Below are positions 35,530 through 49,095 of a stretch of DNA of 64,000 nucleotides, piece after piece. Position numbers and translations under genes: made by a program. The notes under the pieces were generated by a model. It made no database searches and had not been told where the DNA came from. It was given only the letters and a program-made list of their open reading frames with translations. Every line of letters starts with the position of its first letter. Positions within the stretch are counted from its first letter, which is position 1. Source of the stretch: Mobula hypostoma (lineage: Eukaryota). The stretch lies in NCBI RefSeq assembly GCF_963921235.1, contig NC_086107.1, positions 94,862,001-94,926,000 of the forward strand. Direction: 5' to 3'.

Positions 35530-37610
35530 TACTGCCAGCATTCAAGAGGAATGCTGCCACAAGACGGTAACATCCACCATCAAGGACCTCCACCACCCAG
35601 GCCATGCTCTCGTCTTGTTACTGCCATTGGGAAGGAGGTACCGGAGCCTTAGGTCCCACACCACCAGGTTCAGGAACAGTTATTACCCTTCAACCGTCAG
35701 GCTCCTAAACCAGAGAGGATAACTTCACTCACCTCAACTCTGAACTGATTCCACAACTCACTTTTGAGGGACCCTGCAGCTCGTGTTCTCAGGATCATGT
35801 ATTAACATTTTTATTTATTATTTGTGCGATTTGTCCTCTTTGGTTCTCATTCTGTTTTGGCACAGTTTGTTGTCTTTTGCACATTCAAGGTTCAAAGTAC
35901 AGCTATTATCAAAGCCTGTATTCATTGTACACCCTTGAGATTCGTCCCCTAACAGGCATTCGTTGTTCTACAGTGCTTCTTCGTACTTACTGGGAATGCC
36001 CACAAGGAAATGAATCTCGGGATCGTCAATGGTGACATGTATGTGCTTCGATAATAAATCTACTTTGAATGTTTGTCAGACTTTTTTTTCATAAATTCTA
36101 TTGAATTTCTTTATTTTCATGTAAATGCCTGCAAGAAAATAAACCTCAAGTCAGGATTTTGTGACGTATACATTCCCGATTGATAAATTTAATTGAATGA
36201 CTAAGAAGTACTGCAATTACTCGATGAAAGATTGACTTATTTGTCACATGTATATCAAATATCAAAACATCGAAAAGTAGAGAGAAAGGTGGTGTTTGCA
36301 TCATCGACCAACACAATCTGAGGATTTGCTGGGGGCCAGACCGTAAATGTCACCATTCTTCTAGCACTAACACAACAAGACACACAAAATGATGGAGGAA
36401 CTCAGCAGGTCAGGTGCGGTGGAGAGTTTACTGACTGGTCGCAGCAGGGCCTGGTATGAAAACACCAATGCCCTTGGAACAGAAAAGCCTACAGAAAGAA
36501 GTGGAGACGGCCCAGCCCATCACGGGTAAAACCCTTCCCACCGCTTAGCACATCTACACGGAGCACTGTCACAGGAAAGCAGCATCCATCATCAGGGACC
36601 CCCAGCACCCAGGTCATGCTCTCTTCTCGCTGCTGCCACCAGGAAGGTGGTACAGGAGCCTCAGCATCCACACCACCAGGTTCAGGAACAGTTACTACCC
36701 CTCAACCATCAGGCTCTTGAACCAGTGGGAATAACTTCACTCACCCCTGGTCGGCTGGTGGCGCAGTGAGATCCCGACGACAGGGCTGTGGTCCTCTTGG
36801 AGGAGGGGTCTGACAGCAGAGGGGAGAAAGCTGTTCCTGCGTGTGGCTGTCAGGGCTTTCATGCCCCTGCGTCTTCTCCCAGATGTTAGACGCGAGATAA
36901 GGAAATGGAAAATGGCTCCTCTGACAGTGAAGCACTCCGTCAAGCACCTGCCTTGAACTTTGCCCTCTTCTCACAGCTACCATCTGCAGGAGGTACAGAA
37001 GCCTGAAGAGCCACAGCACCAGGTTCAAGAACAGTTTCTTCAACTGTTCAGTTCTCGAACCAGCCAGCACACTGATCACTGCAATTGACAAAGCTTTTTA
37101 TTTTGCTTGTGATTGCTGTTTATCTGATGCTGTGTGCCTGTGGTGCTGTTTCACATGGACACACAAGTACTTCAAACTTCAAAGTCAATTTATTATCAAA
37201 GTACATATATGTCACCGTATACAACCCTGAGATTCGTTTTCTTGCAGGCATACTCAATAGATCTATAGAATAATGACCATAACAGAATCAATGAACGACT
37301 GCACCAACCAATTCAACCAGTCTGCAAAAGACAACAAACTGCACAAATAGAAAAAGCCAGAAATAATAATGACAGTAAGTAAATAAGCAATAAATATCGA
37401 GAACATAACATGAAGAGTCCTTGAAAGTGAGATCATAGGTAGTGGGAACAGCTCAGTGTTGGGGTGAGTGAAGTTATCCCCTTTCGTTCAGGAGCCTGAT
37501 GGTTGAGGGGTAATAACTGTTCCTGAACCTGGTGGTGTGAGTCCTGAGGCTCCTGTACCTTCTTCCTGACGCCAGCAACAAGAAGAGAGCATGACCTTCT
37601 GGGTGGCAGG
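35530..37610. mobile_element. Cluster of Rex1/Babar-type 3' fragments (+ 35530-36190, + 36470-36740, - 37170-37610)
   Basis: IKDLHHPGHAL..LLPLGRRYRSLRSHTTRFRNSYYP signature repeated. Confidence 0.8.
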
Positions 37611-37889
37611 GGTCAACATTTTGGGCCGAGACGCTTTATCAGGACTGGAAAGAAATGGGCAGAACACCATATAATTGGGACTGTGATCTCTTTACTCTGG
37701 TAATACAAGCAAGAAAGAGCCAGTTCTGGAGTGATGCCAATCATTCTTGTGATCACTGGGCTGTTATGGTTGGTTCATTTCCAGTCCTTAAGCTTCAATT
37801 TTTATACAATTCCTATCAGCAGTAACGAGACGAGTTCCGCCTGTCATGATTTTTGAGGGAGGATAATGCCCAAGGAGCAATGCTAGAGT

Positions 37890-38035
37890 CCCAATCCTGA
37901 TGATGGGTCTCGGTTTGAAAAGTCAACTGTTAATTCTCCTCCATAGATGCTGCCTGACCTCCTGGGTTCCTCCAGCATTGTGTGTGTGTGTGTGTGTTGC
38001 TCTGGATTTCCAGCATCTGCAGAAACTCTTGTGTT
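37890..38035 (+). mobile_element. PLE terminal-repeat fragment with a decayed hammerhead motif
   Basis: atcctgatgatgggtctcggtttgaaaagtcaactg..atagatgctgcctgacc..ccagcatctgcag. Confidence 0.65.
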
Positions 38036-38489
38036 TACAATAAACTTGTCTGATTTTGATATCAGATCTCTGGAATGGAATTTGAGAAGTGAGTGTGTGA
38101 CCACCACCAGCAAAGTAGACTGTAGTGTTACAGTGAGTAAGAGTCTTATAATTTGATTGTTCATTTTTCTGTTTTTTATTCAGCTTATTTCACAGATTAA
38201 GTTTTAATTTTCTGATATTACCAGCGCACTCTCTTACTGTATCGATTTATGTTTTCATTTACAGACTTTGGTGCAACTTAGGGTGACCCTATACATCCAT
38301 TAAGATGTTTCTGTGAAATTATTATGTATGCTTAACTTACCTCCCCGTGACATAGCATCAGGAACACCAGTGACACGACCACGCAAAAGGCTGTCTGCAC
38401 ACTGGTGGAAACCAGTGTTACCCTTACGGGGCATCTCACTGTACAGTGTAGAGGGATCATTACTCTGTATCTAACCAGTCACATCAAGT

Positions 38490-40745
38490 TATAGAACTCT
38501 ACAGCACAGAAACAGTCCGTGGTGAACTATCGATCTGCCTCGTCTCATTGACATACTTCAGGATCACAGCCCGCCATATCCCTCCCATCCACATACCTAT
38601 CCAAATTTCTCCTAAATGTTAAAATCAAACCTACATCCACTACTTCTGCTGGCAGCTCAAGAAATCCACCCTCATGTTCCCCTCAAACATTTGACCCTTC
38701 ACCCTTAAACCACGACCTCAGTGGAAAAAGCCTGCTTGCATTTACCCTATCTACACCCCGCATAAACTTGTATTCCCCTATCAAACCTCCCCTCATTCTC
38801 CTACACTTCAGGGAGTAAAGTCCAAACCTGTTCAACCTTTCCTTACGACTCAGGTCCTCAAGTTCTGGCCACGTCCCTCTAATTTTTCTCTGCACTCTTT
38901 CAATGGTATTGATATATTTCCTGCAGGTAGGTGACCTTGTCAAATACTCCAAATTAGGCCTCATTAACATCTTAAACAATTTCGACATAACATTCCAATT
39001 CCTGTCCTCAGTTGTTTGACTTATGAAGGCTAAAAGCTTTACTTACGACCCTATCTACCTGTGACAACTACTTTCAAGGAATTATGGACCTGTATTCCCA
39101 GATCCCTCTGTCCTACCTGCCCAACAGCTCACTATGTAAGTCCTACCCCGGATTGTCCACTCAAAGTACAACACCTCACACTTGTCTGCTTTAAATCCAA
39201 TCCGCTATTTTTCAGCCCACTTTTCCTCATGGTTCAGATCCCACAGCAAACTTTGATAGTCTTCCTAGTTGTCCACTACACCTCCCAATCTTGGTGTCAC
39301 CTGCAAATCTGCTGATTCACTCTACCACGTTATCGTCCAGACTGTTGATATACAGACCCAGCACTGGTCTCTGCGGCACACCACTAGTCACAGGCCTCCA
39401 GTCAGAGGCAACCGTCTACTACCACCCTCCGGCTTCTCCCGTGAAGCCAATGTTGAGTCCAATTTACTACCTCATCATCAGTGCCAAGTGACTGAATCCT
39501 CTTGAACAACCTTCCATGCGGGACCTTGTCAAAGTCCATCTAAGGAACATCACTCAGCTTTCCTGGTAACTTCCTCGAAAAACTCTATAAAATTGGTTAG
39601 ACACGATCGACCATGCACAAGGCCACATTGATTGTCCCTATTCAGTTCACCTCTCTCCAAATATTTATATATCCAGTCCCTCAGAATACCTTCCAATCAC
39701 TTTCCCACTACTGATGTCAGGCTCACCAGCCTATAATTTCCTGGCTTATTCTTAGAGCCTTTCCTAAACAATAGAACAACGTTTGTATCCTCCAATTCTC
39801 CATTCCCTCAACCGTGGCTAACGACGTTTTTAATATCTCTGCTAGGCCCCCCACTATTTCTGCACTTGCCTCCCCTAGGGTCCGAGGGAACACCTTCTTA
39901 GGCCCTGGGGATTTATATCTCCTCCAATTTGCCTTAAGACAGCGAACACCTCTTCCTCTGTAGTCTGGATAGAGTCCATGTCCTCACTGCTGCGTTCACC
40001 AGCAACTTTGATGTGTGTTCCCTGTCCTCATTGCTGCTGCTTTACCTCACTACTATCTGTCTGTCTCCCAAGTAAATACAGATGCAAAAAAAAAATCTAT
40101 TTAAGATCTTTCCCATCTCTTTCAGCTCCATGCATGGATTACCACTCTGACTGTCCAGAGGGCCAATTTTGTCCCTTGCAATCCTTTTCCTCTTAATATA
40201 TCCATGGAACCTTGGGATTCTCCTTCACTTTGTCTGCTAGAGCAACCTCATGCCTTTTTTTTTTTTAAACCCTCCAGATTTCCATCTCAAGTGTTCTCTT
40301 GCATTTCTTATACTCCTCGAGCATCTCATTTGCTTCTTCCTGCCTATATCTGCTATGCATTTCCTTCTTTATCTTAAACAGGGCCTCAATATCTCTCTTA
40401 AACCAAGATTCCCTAAATCTGTTATCTTTGTCTTTTATTTTGACAGACACACACAAACTCTCAAAATTTCATTTTTGAAAGCATCCCACTTACCAAGTAC
40501 ACCTTTGCCAGAAAACGACCTGTCCCAATCCACAATTACCAGATCCTTTCTGATACCATCAAAATTGGCCTTTGTCCAGTTTAGAATCTCAACCCGAGAA
40601 CCAGACCTATCCTTTTCCGTAATTACTGGATGCAAAGTGCTCCCTCACACAAACCTGTCACCTGCCCTGTCTCATTTCCTAACAGGATATCTAGTATCAT
40701 ACTCTCACTAGTTGAGATTAAGAAAACTTTCCTGAACACAAACAA
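38490..40745 (-). mobile_element. CR1 LINE, ORF2 3' part (decayed); probably continues at 45150-46850
   Basis: RPNLEY..ERVQRK, KFAD-like and EILNWTKANFDGIRKDL motifs on the minus strand. Confidence 0.9.
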
Positions 40746-41046
40746 CCTGAACATAGTTCAGTAACTATGCAAAAGGATAGGTCCAGTCCACGGGTTGAGA
40801 TTCTAAATTGGACAAAGGCCAATTTTGATGGTATCAGAAAGGATCCAGCAAGTGTGGATTGGGCCAGGTTGTTTTCTGGCAAATGTGTACTTGATAAGTG
40901 GGAGGCCTTCAAAAACAAAACTTTGAGAGTACGAAGTTTGTATGTTCCTGTCAGAATAAAAAATAAAGATGACCAGTGTGGGGAACCTTGATTTTCAAGA
41001 GATATTGAGGCCCTGGCTAAGAGAAAAAAAAGAGGGGTGCAGTAGG

Positions 41047-42403
41047 CAGGGCCAGGCCCCTGGGCTGGAGACCCTGATGGGCCCCTACCAACACCATAAA
41101 ATGCTGCTGTACCAAGCAAACAAAGGCAAGAACAGGGGCTCCTGAATGTTTCCATCAGTTGATACAGAACGTAAAACGAGTATGAGCTGATCTACGTGTG
41201 CAACATCTGTGCTTGAATCGATGCTAATAGAAAAGTATTTGGCCATTTTGACTTCACTGACGATCTCTGACAGAACTCGATCGCTCATGAACTCAATAAA
41301 CTCCTCACATGTTTTAGGTGCAAGATATGAAGGGGTGCCCGATCCTGCATTTCCAAATTTCTGTATGTGCGCCTTCAAAAACGAGTCAAACTCACTTATT
41401 ACCTCTAGAGTGCCCATGTAGCTGCCGTTATCAGGCCTGCCAAATATGTCACTGGAGCCTCGGCTAGCCAGTCCCCTCTCGACCAAAAACTTCACAACCA
41501 TCACCACTCTTCTCAATACGTCGGTCCAGTAGAAAAACTCTGACTCGAACTGTTTTTGCAGTTCTGTCTCTATTCTTCTGCTGTCAAATGCTAGTATAAC
41601 GTAGGTCAGTATCATTTTCCTGTGGTGTTCGCTATTTTCATGCTCTCCTATGCGCTCAGCGGCATGTTTCCAGTCGCTAAAGCCAGTTTCGAAGATGGAC
41701 TGACAGTCACCATCACTGAAGATGCGGCATGCAAAACAAAACACATATTGCTGGAAGGGGACTATAAGAGCCATTGCCTTGATGTGTACTCACCATTTAC
41801 GAGCTTGCATTTGAAGTGAAATTTGGAGAAAAAAATGTCTCTGCTATTTGTATACTCGTTCCGAAGTTTTGATATCCACATCCCTATTCTGGCAGGACTC
41901 CGGCCCTTTCTTAGCCCAGTGTGCTCGGACTGAATCATCTAGCGTTTCCTTTCCCCAGCGAGCAGGATCAGTGCTGTAAGGATCCTCAGGAGCGGTAATG
42001 TTAACATTAATGGTGGCACGACTTGGTTGTTCGGAGGCCTCTGTGGTCAGGAATCCCAAAGTCATGCTCTCTGCCTCCTCAACGTTAGCTGCTGACTGTG
42101 GTAAGGACGGTGGTCCTGTGCTAACACTAGCTGTTGAACAAGTCTCCATTTGTCCACCAGTCTCAGACTGTGACAAGAGCGATGGTACAGCTGCATCATC
42201 GAGAACAGGTTTAAAAAATTCTGTCAATTTCAATGTCTTTTTTTAATGCTTCTTTCTCACGGTCCTCTTTTCCTTGTTTCTTTTTTCTTTTCTGTGCTCC
42301 ACTCTTGTATTCTTTTTTTGTCCGCTATGATGATAGCTACCTATTTTGGGCCCCTCTGCAGCTCTAGCCCCTGGGCTGCAGCCCAGCCTAAAGTCCGACC
42401 CTG
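41047..42403 (-). mobile_element. Internally deleted hAT DNA transposon (ZMYM1-like/DUF4371 transposase remnant)
   Basis: Ends CAGGG...CCCTG; 8-bp gcagtagg/gtagcagg flanks; ORF 41085-41774 has FCFACRIF..GFSDWK..HE.S..H, LASRG..DNG and YFSISIDSSTDVAHVDQL (first catalytic Asp region); host CR1 is continuous across it. Confidence 0.9.
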
Positions 42404-43282
42404 GTAGCAGGTATAGGCAAGCAGGAACAAATGAGGTGCTTCTGGTGTACAAGAAATGCAAGAGAACACTTAAAAAAGAAATCAGGAGGGCTAAAGGGAG
42501 GCATGAGGTTGCCTTAGCAGACAAGGTGAAGGAGAATCCGAAGGGATTCTATAGATATGTTAAGAGCAAAAGGATTGAAAGGGACAAAATTGATACTCTG
42601 GAAGATCGGAATGGTAATCCATGTGTGGAGCCATTACAGATGGGGGAGATCTTAAATTAATTCTTTGCATCTGTATTTACTCAGGAGATGGACACAGAGT
42701 CTATAGAGGTGGGGCAAAGCGAAATCAAGTTCATAGACCCTGTACAGATTACAGAGGAGGAGTGTTTGCTACCGTGAGGCAAATCGGGGTGGATAAATCC
42801 CCGGGGCCTGACATGGTGTTTCCTTGGACCCTACAGGAGGCAAGTGCAGAGATATTTAAATCATCCCTAGCGACAGGAGAGGTACAAGAGGATTGGAGGA
42901 TAGCCAATGTTGTTCCACCATTTAAAAAAGGTTCTAAACATAAACCAGGAAATTATAGCCTGGTGAGTTTGGTGAAAGTTATTGGAGGGTATTCTAAATG
43001 GTCAGATATATAAGCATTTCGATAGGCATGGGCTGATTAAGGGTAGTCAGCATGGCTTTGTGCGTGGTCTAACCAACCTTACAGAATTTTTGGAGGAAAT
43101 TACCAGGAAAATGGATGAAGGCAAGGCAGTGGATGTTGTCTACATGGACTTTAGTAAGGCCTTTGACAAGGTCCCACAAGGGAGGCTGATCAAGAAGGTG
43201 CAGTCACTCGGCATTCAGGATGAAGTAGTAAATTGGATTAGACGTTGGCTTTGTGGGAGAAGCCAGAGAGTGGTAGTAGATG

Positions 43283-44102
43283 TAAACACAAAATACTCTG
43301 CAGATGCTGGGGTCAAAGCAACACTCACAACACGCTGGAGGAACTCAGTAGGTCGGGCAGCATCCGTGGAAACAATCAACGTTTCGGGCCGGAACCCTTT
43401 ATCAGGACTGTAGAGGGAAGGGGCAGAGGCCCTATAGAGAAGGTGGGGGAAGGGTGGGAAGGAGAAGGCTGGTAGGTTCCAGGTGAAAAACCAGTAAGGG
43501 GAAAGATAAAGGGGTGGGGGAGGGGAAGCAGGGAGGTGATGGGCAGGAAAGGTGAAGAAGGAATAGGGGAAAACACAATGGGTAGTAGAAGGAGGCGGAA
43601 CCATGAGGGAGGTGATAGGCAGCTGGGGGAGGGGGCCTCCTCTACTGCCATGATGAGGCTAAACTCAGGTTGGAGAAGCAACACCTCATATACCGTCTAG
43701 GTAGTCTCCAGCCCCTTGGTATAAACATAGAATTCTCCAACTTCCGGTAATTCTCTCCCCCTCCCTTCCCCTATCCCTATGTCACTCTGCCCCCTCCCCC
43801 AGCTGCCTACCTCCTCCCTCTTGGTTCCGCCTCCTTCTACTACCCATTGTGTTTTCCCCTATTCCTTCTTCACCTTTCCTGCCTATCACCTCCCTGCTTC
43901 CCCTCCCCCACCCCTTTATCTTTCCCCTTACTGGTTTTTCACCTGGAACCTACCAGCCTTCTCCTTCCCACCCTCCCCTCACCTTCTTTATAGGGCCTCT
44001 GCCCCTTCCCTCTACAGTCCTGACGAAGAGTTCCCGCCCAAAACGTTGACTGATCGTTTCCGCAGATGCTGCCTGACCTGCTGAGTTCCTCCAGCTTGCT
44101 GT
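43283..44102 (+). mobile_element. 5'-truncated Penelope-like element with inverted terminal-repeat copy, GIY-YIG C-terminus and 15-bp TSD
   Basis: TSD gagtggtagtagatg at 43268-82 and 44103-17; ~310-bp inverted arms (~43325-43636 vs ~43789-44098); 43637-43750 = LLYCHDEAKLRLEKQHLIYRLGSLQPLGINIEFSNFR*; a hammerhead-like motif in each arm. Confidence 0.88.
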
Positions 44103-45149
44103 GAGTGGTAGTAGATGGTTGCCTCTCTGACTGGAGGTCTGTGACTAGTGGTATGCTACAAAGACCATGCTGGTTCATTTGTTGTTTGTCATCTACATCA
44201 ATGATCTGGATGATAATGTGGTAAACTGGATCAGCAAATTTGCGGATGACACAAAGATAAGGAGTGTAGTGGACAGTGAGGAAGGTCATCATGGCTTGCA
44301 GAGAGATCCACTTGAGCTGGAAAATGGGCTGAAAAATGGCAGGTGGAATTTAATGCAGACAAGTGTGAGGTGTTGCACTTCAGTAGGACCAACCTGGGTA
44401 GGTCTTACACAGTGAACGGTAGGGCACTGAGGAGTGTGGAGGAACAAAGGGATCTGGGAATAGAGGTCCATAATTCATTGAAAATGGCACCACAGGTATA
44501 TAGGGTTGTAAAGAAAACTTTTGGCACATTAGCCTTCAAAAAATCAATGTATTGAGTACAGGAGATGGGATGTTATGTTGAAGTTGTGTAAGACGTCAGA
44601 GTTATATAATTTGGAGTATTGTATGCAGTTTTGGTCACCTACCTACAGGAAAGATGTAAACAAGGTTGAAAGAGTACAGAGGAAATTTACAAGAACATTG
44701 CCAGGTCTGGAGGACCTGAGTTATAAGGAAAGATTGAATAGGTAAGGACTGTATTCCTTAGAACATAGAAGATTGAGAGAAGATTTGATACAGATATACA
44801 AAATTATAAGAGGTATAGATGGAGTAAACACAAGCAGATCTTTTCCACTGAGGATGGGTAGGACTACAACCAGCGGTCATATGTTAAGGGTGAAAGGTGA
44901 GAAGGTTAAGGGAAACATAAGGGCAAACTTCTTCACTCAGAGGGTCATGAGAGTGTGGAATGAGCTGCCGGCATAAGTGGTGCATATGAGCTCAATTTCA
45001 ATATTTAAGAGAAGTTTGGACATGGATAGTAGGGATATGGAGGGCTATGGTCCCAGGTTGATGGGAGTAGGCAATCTAAATGGTTTTGGCATGGACTAGA
45101 TGGGCCAAAGGGTCTGTTTCTGTGCTGTACTTCTCTATGACTCTGTGAC

Positions 45150-46850
45150 TGTTGGGTGGTCTATAACATAATCCGATTAACATGGTCATCTCTTCCTTAT
45201 TCCTCAGTTCTAACCATACTCACTAGACGAGCTCTCCAGTCTGGCCTGACTGAGCACTGCCGTGAAATTTTCCCTGATTAATAATACCACCCCTCCCACT
45301 TTAATGCCACCCGCTCCATCATGTCAAAAACAATGGAAGCCTGGAACATTGAGCTGCCAGTCCTGCCCCTCCTGCAACCAACTCTCACTAATGGCTACAA
45401 TATCATAATCCCAGGTGCTGATCCATGCCCCAAGCTCGTCCATCTTTCATACAATACTCCTTGCATTGAAATATACACAACTCAGAACATTAATGCCACT
45501 GTGTTCAACCTTTGACATCGTACGTAGGCATAACAACAGCTTTCGCCACAACCGCTCCACTGTCTGCTGTGGCACTCTGGTTCCATCTGCTTACAACTCT
45601 AGTTTAAACCCTCCCTCTGTGCAGCACTAGCAAACCTTCCTGCACAGATATCAGAACCCCTCCAGTTCAGGTGTAGACCATCTCTTCTGTACCAATCCCA
45701 CTTCCCTGGAAGAGAGCCCAATGATCCAAAAACCTGCACCAATCCCTTAGCCATGACCAAGTTCTCACAATCTATGGACTCACTTTCAAGGACCCTTCAT
45801 CACATGTTCTCAATATTTATTACTTAATCATTTTTCAAAATTATTTCCTTTTTTTCCTTTGTATTTGCACAGTTTGTTGTCTTTTGCACACTGGTTGATT
45901 GACCGTCCTGTTGGGTATGGTCTCTCATTGATTCTATTGTGTTTCTTGTGATTGCCACAAGAAAATGAACCCCAAAATTTACTTTGAATGTGTCAAGTGT
46001 ATGATCTTCCGGTTTCTGGCCTCACTAGCACAAGGGATGGGTAGCAATCCTAAGATCACAACCCTGTAGGTCCTGTCCTTTAACTTACCACCTATCTCCC
46101 TGTGAACTCACTTTGCAGGTCCTACCCATTGGCACCAAGACATCTGGCTGCCCACTTAAGAATGCTGTGGACTCGATCTAAGATATCCCTGACTCTCGTA
46201 CCTGGGAGGCAACATACCATCCAGGAATCTAGTTCTTGTCAACAGAACCACCTGTCTGTTCCCCTAACCAATGAATCCCCTATCAATACAGCTCACCTCT
46301 TCTCCTCCCTTCCCCTTCTGAGCCGCAGAGCCAGAGACTGTAGCTTTCCTCTGCCTGCTCATTCCCCCAACAGTATCCAAAGTAGTACATCTGTTGTTGA
46401 GGGGAAGGGCCACAGGGGTACTCTGCACTGACTCCCTATCCCCTTTCCCCCTTCCTGATGGTCACCCAGTTACCTGTGTTCTGCACCTTGGGTGTAACTA
46501 CCTCCCTGTATGTCCTATTGATCAAACCCTCAACTTCCCAAATGATCTGGAGTGCATCCAGTTCCCTAACACAGTCAGAAAGAAGCTGCAGCTGGAAGCA
46601 TTTCTTGCAGATGGGGTCACTAAGGACACTGGAGGTTTCTCTGCCTTCCCACATCTCGCAGGAGGAGCATTTCACTATCTTGCCTGTCATCCCCACTGCT
46701 CTGACTGTGCAATGAGAAAGAAAGAAATAAAGATTAGACCAAAAAATCTACCTGCAACTTTCTCCTCCCTTCGCCGAAGCCTCTGTGAACCAAAGCCTGA
46801 ACTTCCCACTCTAACACTGGCCCACTCACATAATGGCCACTCCACTTAAA
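45150..46850 (-). mobile_element. CR1 LINE 5' part: ORF1 (Cys-rich finger, esterase-like remnant) and start of ORF2 endonuclease
   Basis: VKCSSCEMWE...ICKKCFQLQLL..RELDAL (CR1 ORF1 N-terminus); GLCYRPP endonuclease motif at ~45155-45175. Confidence 0.85.
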
Positions 46851-47540
46851 CATAACTTATTTTTATTGGCCTTTGCCAAGTGCCTAATTATGCACAGTCC
46901 AACATCTCCTCGGGAACTGTGGCACCCTATCCCAGGATGTTTGAATGACGGTTTAGAAGGACATTTACTCCAACAGTAACCAGTCCTTGCCTACCTACCT
47001 GGGAGAGTTTGATGGATGTTGCAGATGGAGCACATCCAGCAGCCCATTCGAAGGCATATCTCTGTGCCTTGTGGAACAGATAAAGGGGGCATCTTGAAGG
47101 AGCAGCCAGTGATGTGTGAGACCAGCTCTCAGGGAGGGGTCACCTCTCCAGGAAACATTCCACACTCAGTGTTGGACCATGAGAGATCTCAGCCATGAGC
47201 CCCAGCGTATTCCATCCGTATACCCTGGGCAACCAGAGAGCCATTTGTTCTTTCTTTTCCTCCTGATCTATCCACTTCCTCCTGCTACCACCCCAGCTCC
47301 CCATCATCCTGTCTTTTCCCCCACCCGCTCAGCTACTCCCTCCAACTTACACACACACACACACCTCCCACTGGCCCCCTCCTTCCCATCTGCCTTCCCC
47401 ACCTCCATCACTTAGTTCCCATGCTCCACTTTCCTCTTCCTTCAGATCCCACCATCAGAAGCACTTTGTCACATTTATGTCTCACCTCTGAGCCTCTGTC
47501 ACTATTTCCACTCTCCCCTCCTCCATCTGCCAATCTCAGC

Positions 47541-49095
47541 TGGACCCACCCACCATCTCCCAGTGTCCATCACTCCCTCCCAACCTGGATCCACCCATCA
47601 TCTCCCAGTCTCTGTCACTCCCTCCCCACCTGGATCCGCCCATCACCTCCCAGTCTCCATCACTCCCTCCTCAGCTGGATCCACCCATCATCTCCCAGTC
47701 TCCATCACTCCCTCCTCACCTGGATCCACCCATCACTTGTCAGTCACCATCACTCCCTCCCCACCTGGATCCACCCATCATCTCCCAGTCTCCGTCACTC
47801 CCTCCTCACCTGGTTCCACCCATCACCTCCCAGTCTCTGTCACTCCCTCCTCACCTGGATCCACCCATCACCTCCCAGTCTCCATCACTCCCTCCCCAAC
47901 TGGATCCACCCATCATCTCCCAGTCTCTGTCACTCCCTCCTCAGCTCGATCCACCCATCACCTGTCAGTCTCCATCACTCCCTCCTCACCTGGATCCACC
48001 CATCACCTCCCAGTCTCCATCACTCCCTCCCCACCTGGATCCACCCATCACCTCCCAATCTCTATCACTCCCTCCCCACCTGGATCCACCCATCATCTCC
48101 CAGTCTCTGTCACTCCCTCCTCAGCTGGATCCACCCATCACCTGTCAGTCTCCATCACTCCCTCCTCACCTGGATCCACCCATCACCTGTCAGTCTCCAT
48201 CACTCCCTCCTCACCTGGATCCACCCATCACCTGTCAGTCTCCATCACTCCCTCCTCACCCGGATCCACCCATCACCTGTCAGTCTCCATCACTCCCTCC
48301 TCACCTGGATCCACCCATCACCTCCCAGTCTCTGTCACTCCCTCCTTAGCTGGATCCACCCATCACCTCCCAGTCTCTGTCACTCCCTCCTCACCTGGAT
48401 CCACCCATCACCTCCCAGTCTCCATCACTCCCTCCCCAACTGGATCCACCCATCATCTCCCAGTCTCTGTCACTCCCTCCTCAGCTCGATCCACCCATCA
48501 CCTCCCAGTCTCCATCACTCCCTCCTCACCTGGATCCACCCATCACCTCCCAGTCTCTGTCACTCCCTCCTCACCTGGATCCACCCATCACCTCCCAGTC
48601 TCTGTCACTCCCTCCTCAGCTGGATCCACCCATCACCTCCCAGTCTCTGTCACTCCCTCCTCACCTGGATCCACCCATCACCTCCCAGTTTCCGTCACTC
48701 CCTCTTCACCTGGATCCACCCATCACCTGTCAGTCTCCATCACTCCCTCCTCACCTGGATCCACCCATCACCTCCCAGTCTCCATCACTCCCTCCTCACC
48801 TGGATCCACCCATCACCTCCCAGTCTCTGTTACTCCCTCCTCAGCTGGATCCACTCATCACCTGTCAGTCTCCATCACTCCCTCCTCACCTGGATCCATC
48901 CATCACCTCCCAGTCTCCGTCACTCCCTCCTCACCTGGATCCACCCATCACCTGTCAGTCTCCATCACTCCCTCCTCACCTGGATGCACCCATCAGCTGT
49001 CAGTCTCCATCACTCCCTCCTCACCTGGATCCACCCATCACCTCCCAGTCTCTGTCACTCCCTCCTCACCTGGATCCACCCATCACCTGTCAGCT
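47541..49095. repeat. 45-bp minisatellite (tggatccacccatcacctcccagtctccatcactccctcctcacc), ~34 copies
   Basis: Period 45 checked (47586 vs 47631); gives the 15-aa-repeat ORFs 47421-49208 and 47563-49164. Confidence 0.98.

Larger units (their letters stand above)
40760..45148 (+). mobile_element. 5'-truncated CR1 LINE (RT region), interrupted by hAT and PLE insertions
   Basis: VDVVYMDFSKAFDKVP, YINDLD..SKFADDTK, MEFNADKCEVLHF, and a 3'UTR ending in a tctatgactctgtga tail. Confidence 0.93.

Noticed and set aside
41085..41774. ZMYM1-like host gene
   Set aside because: Bounded by hAT termini and a TSD inside a CR1, and truncated; a transposon remnant.
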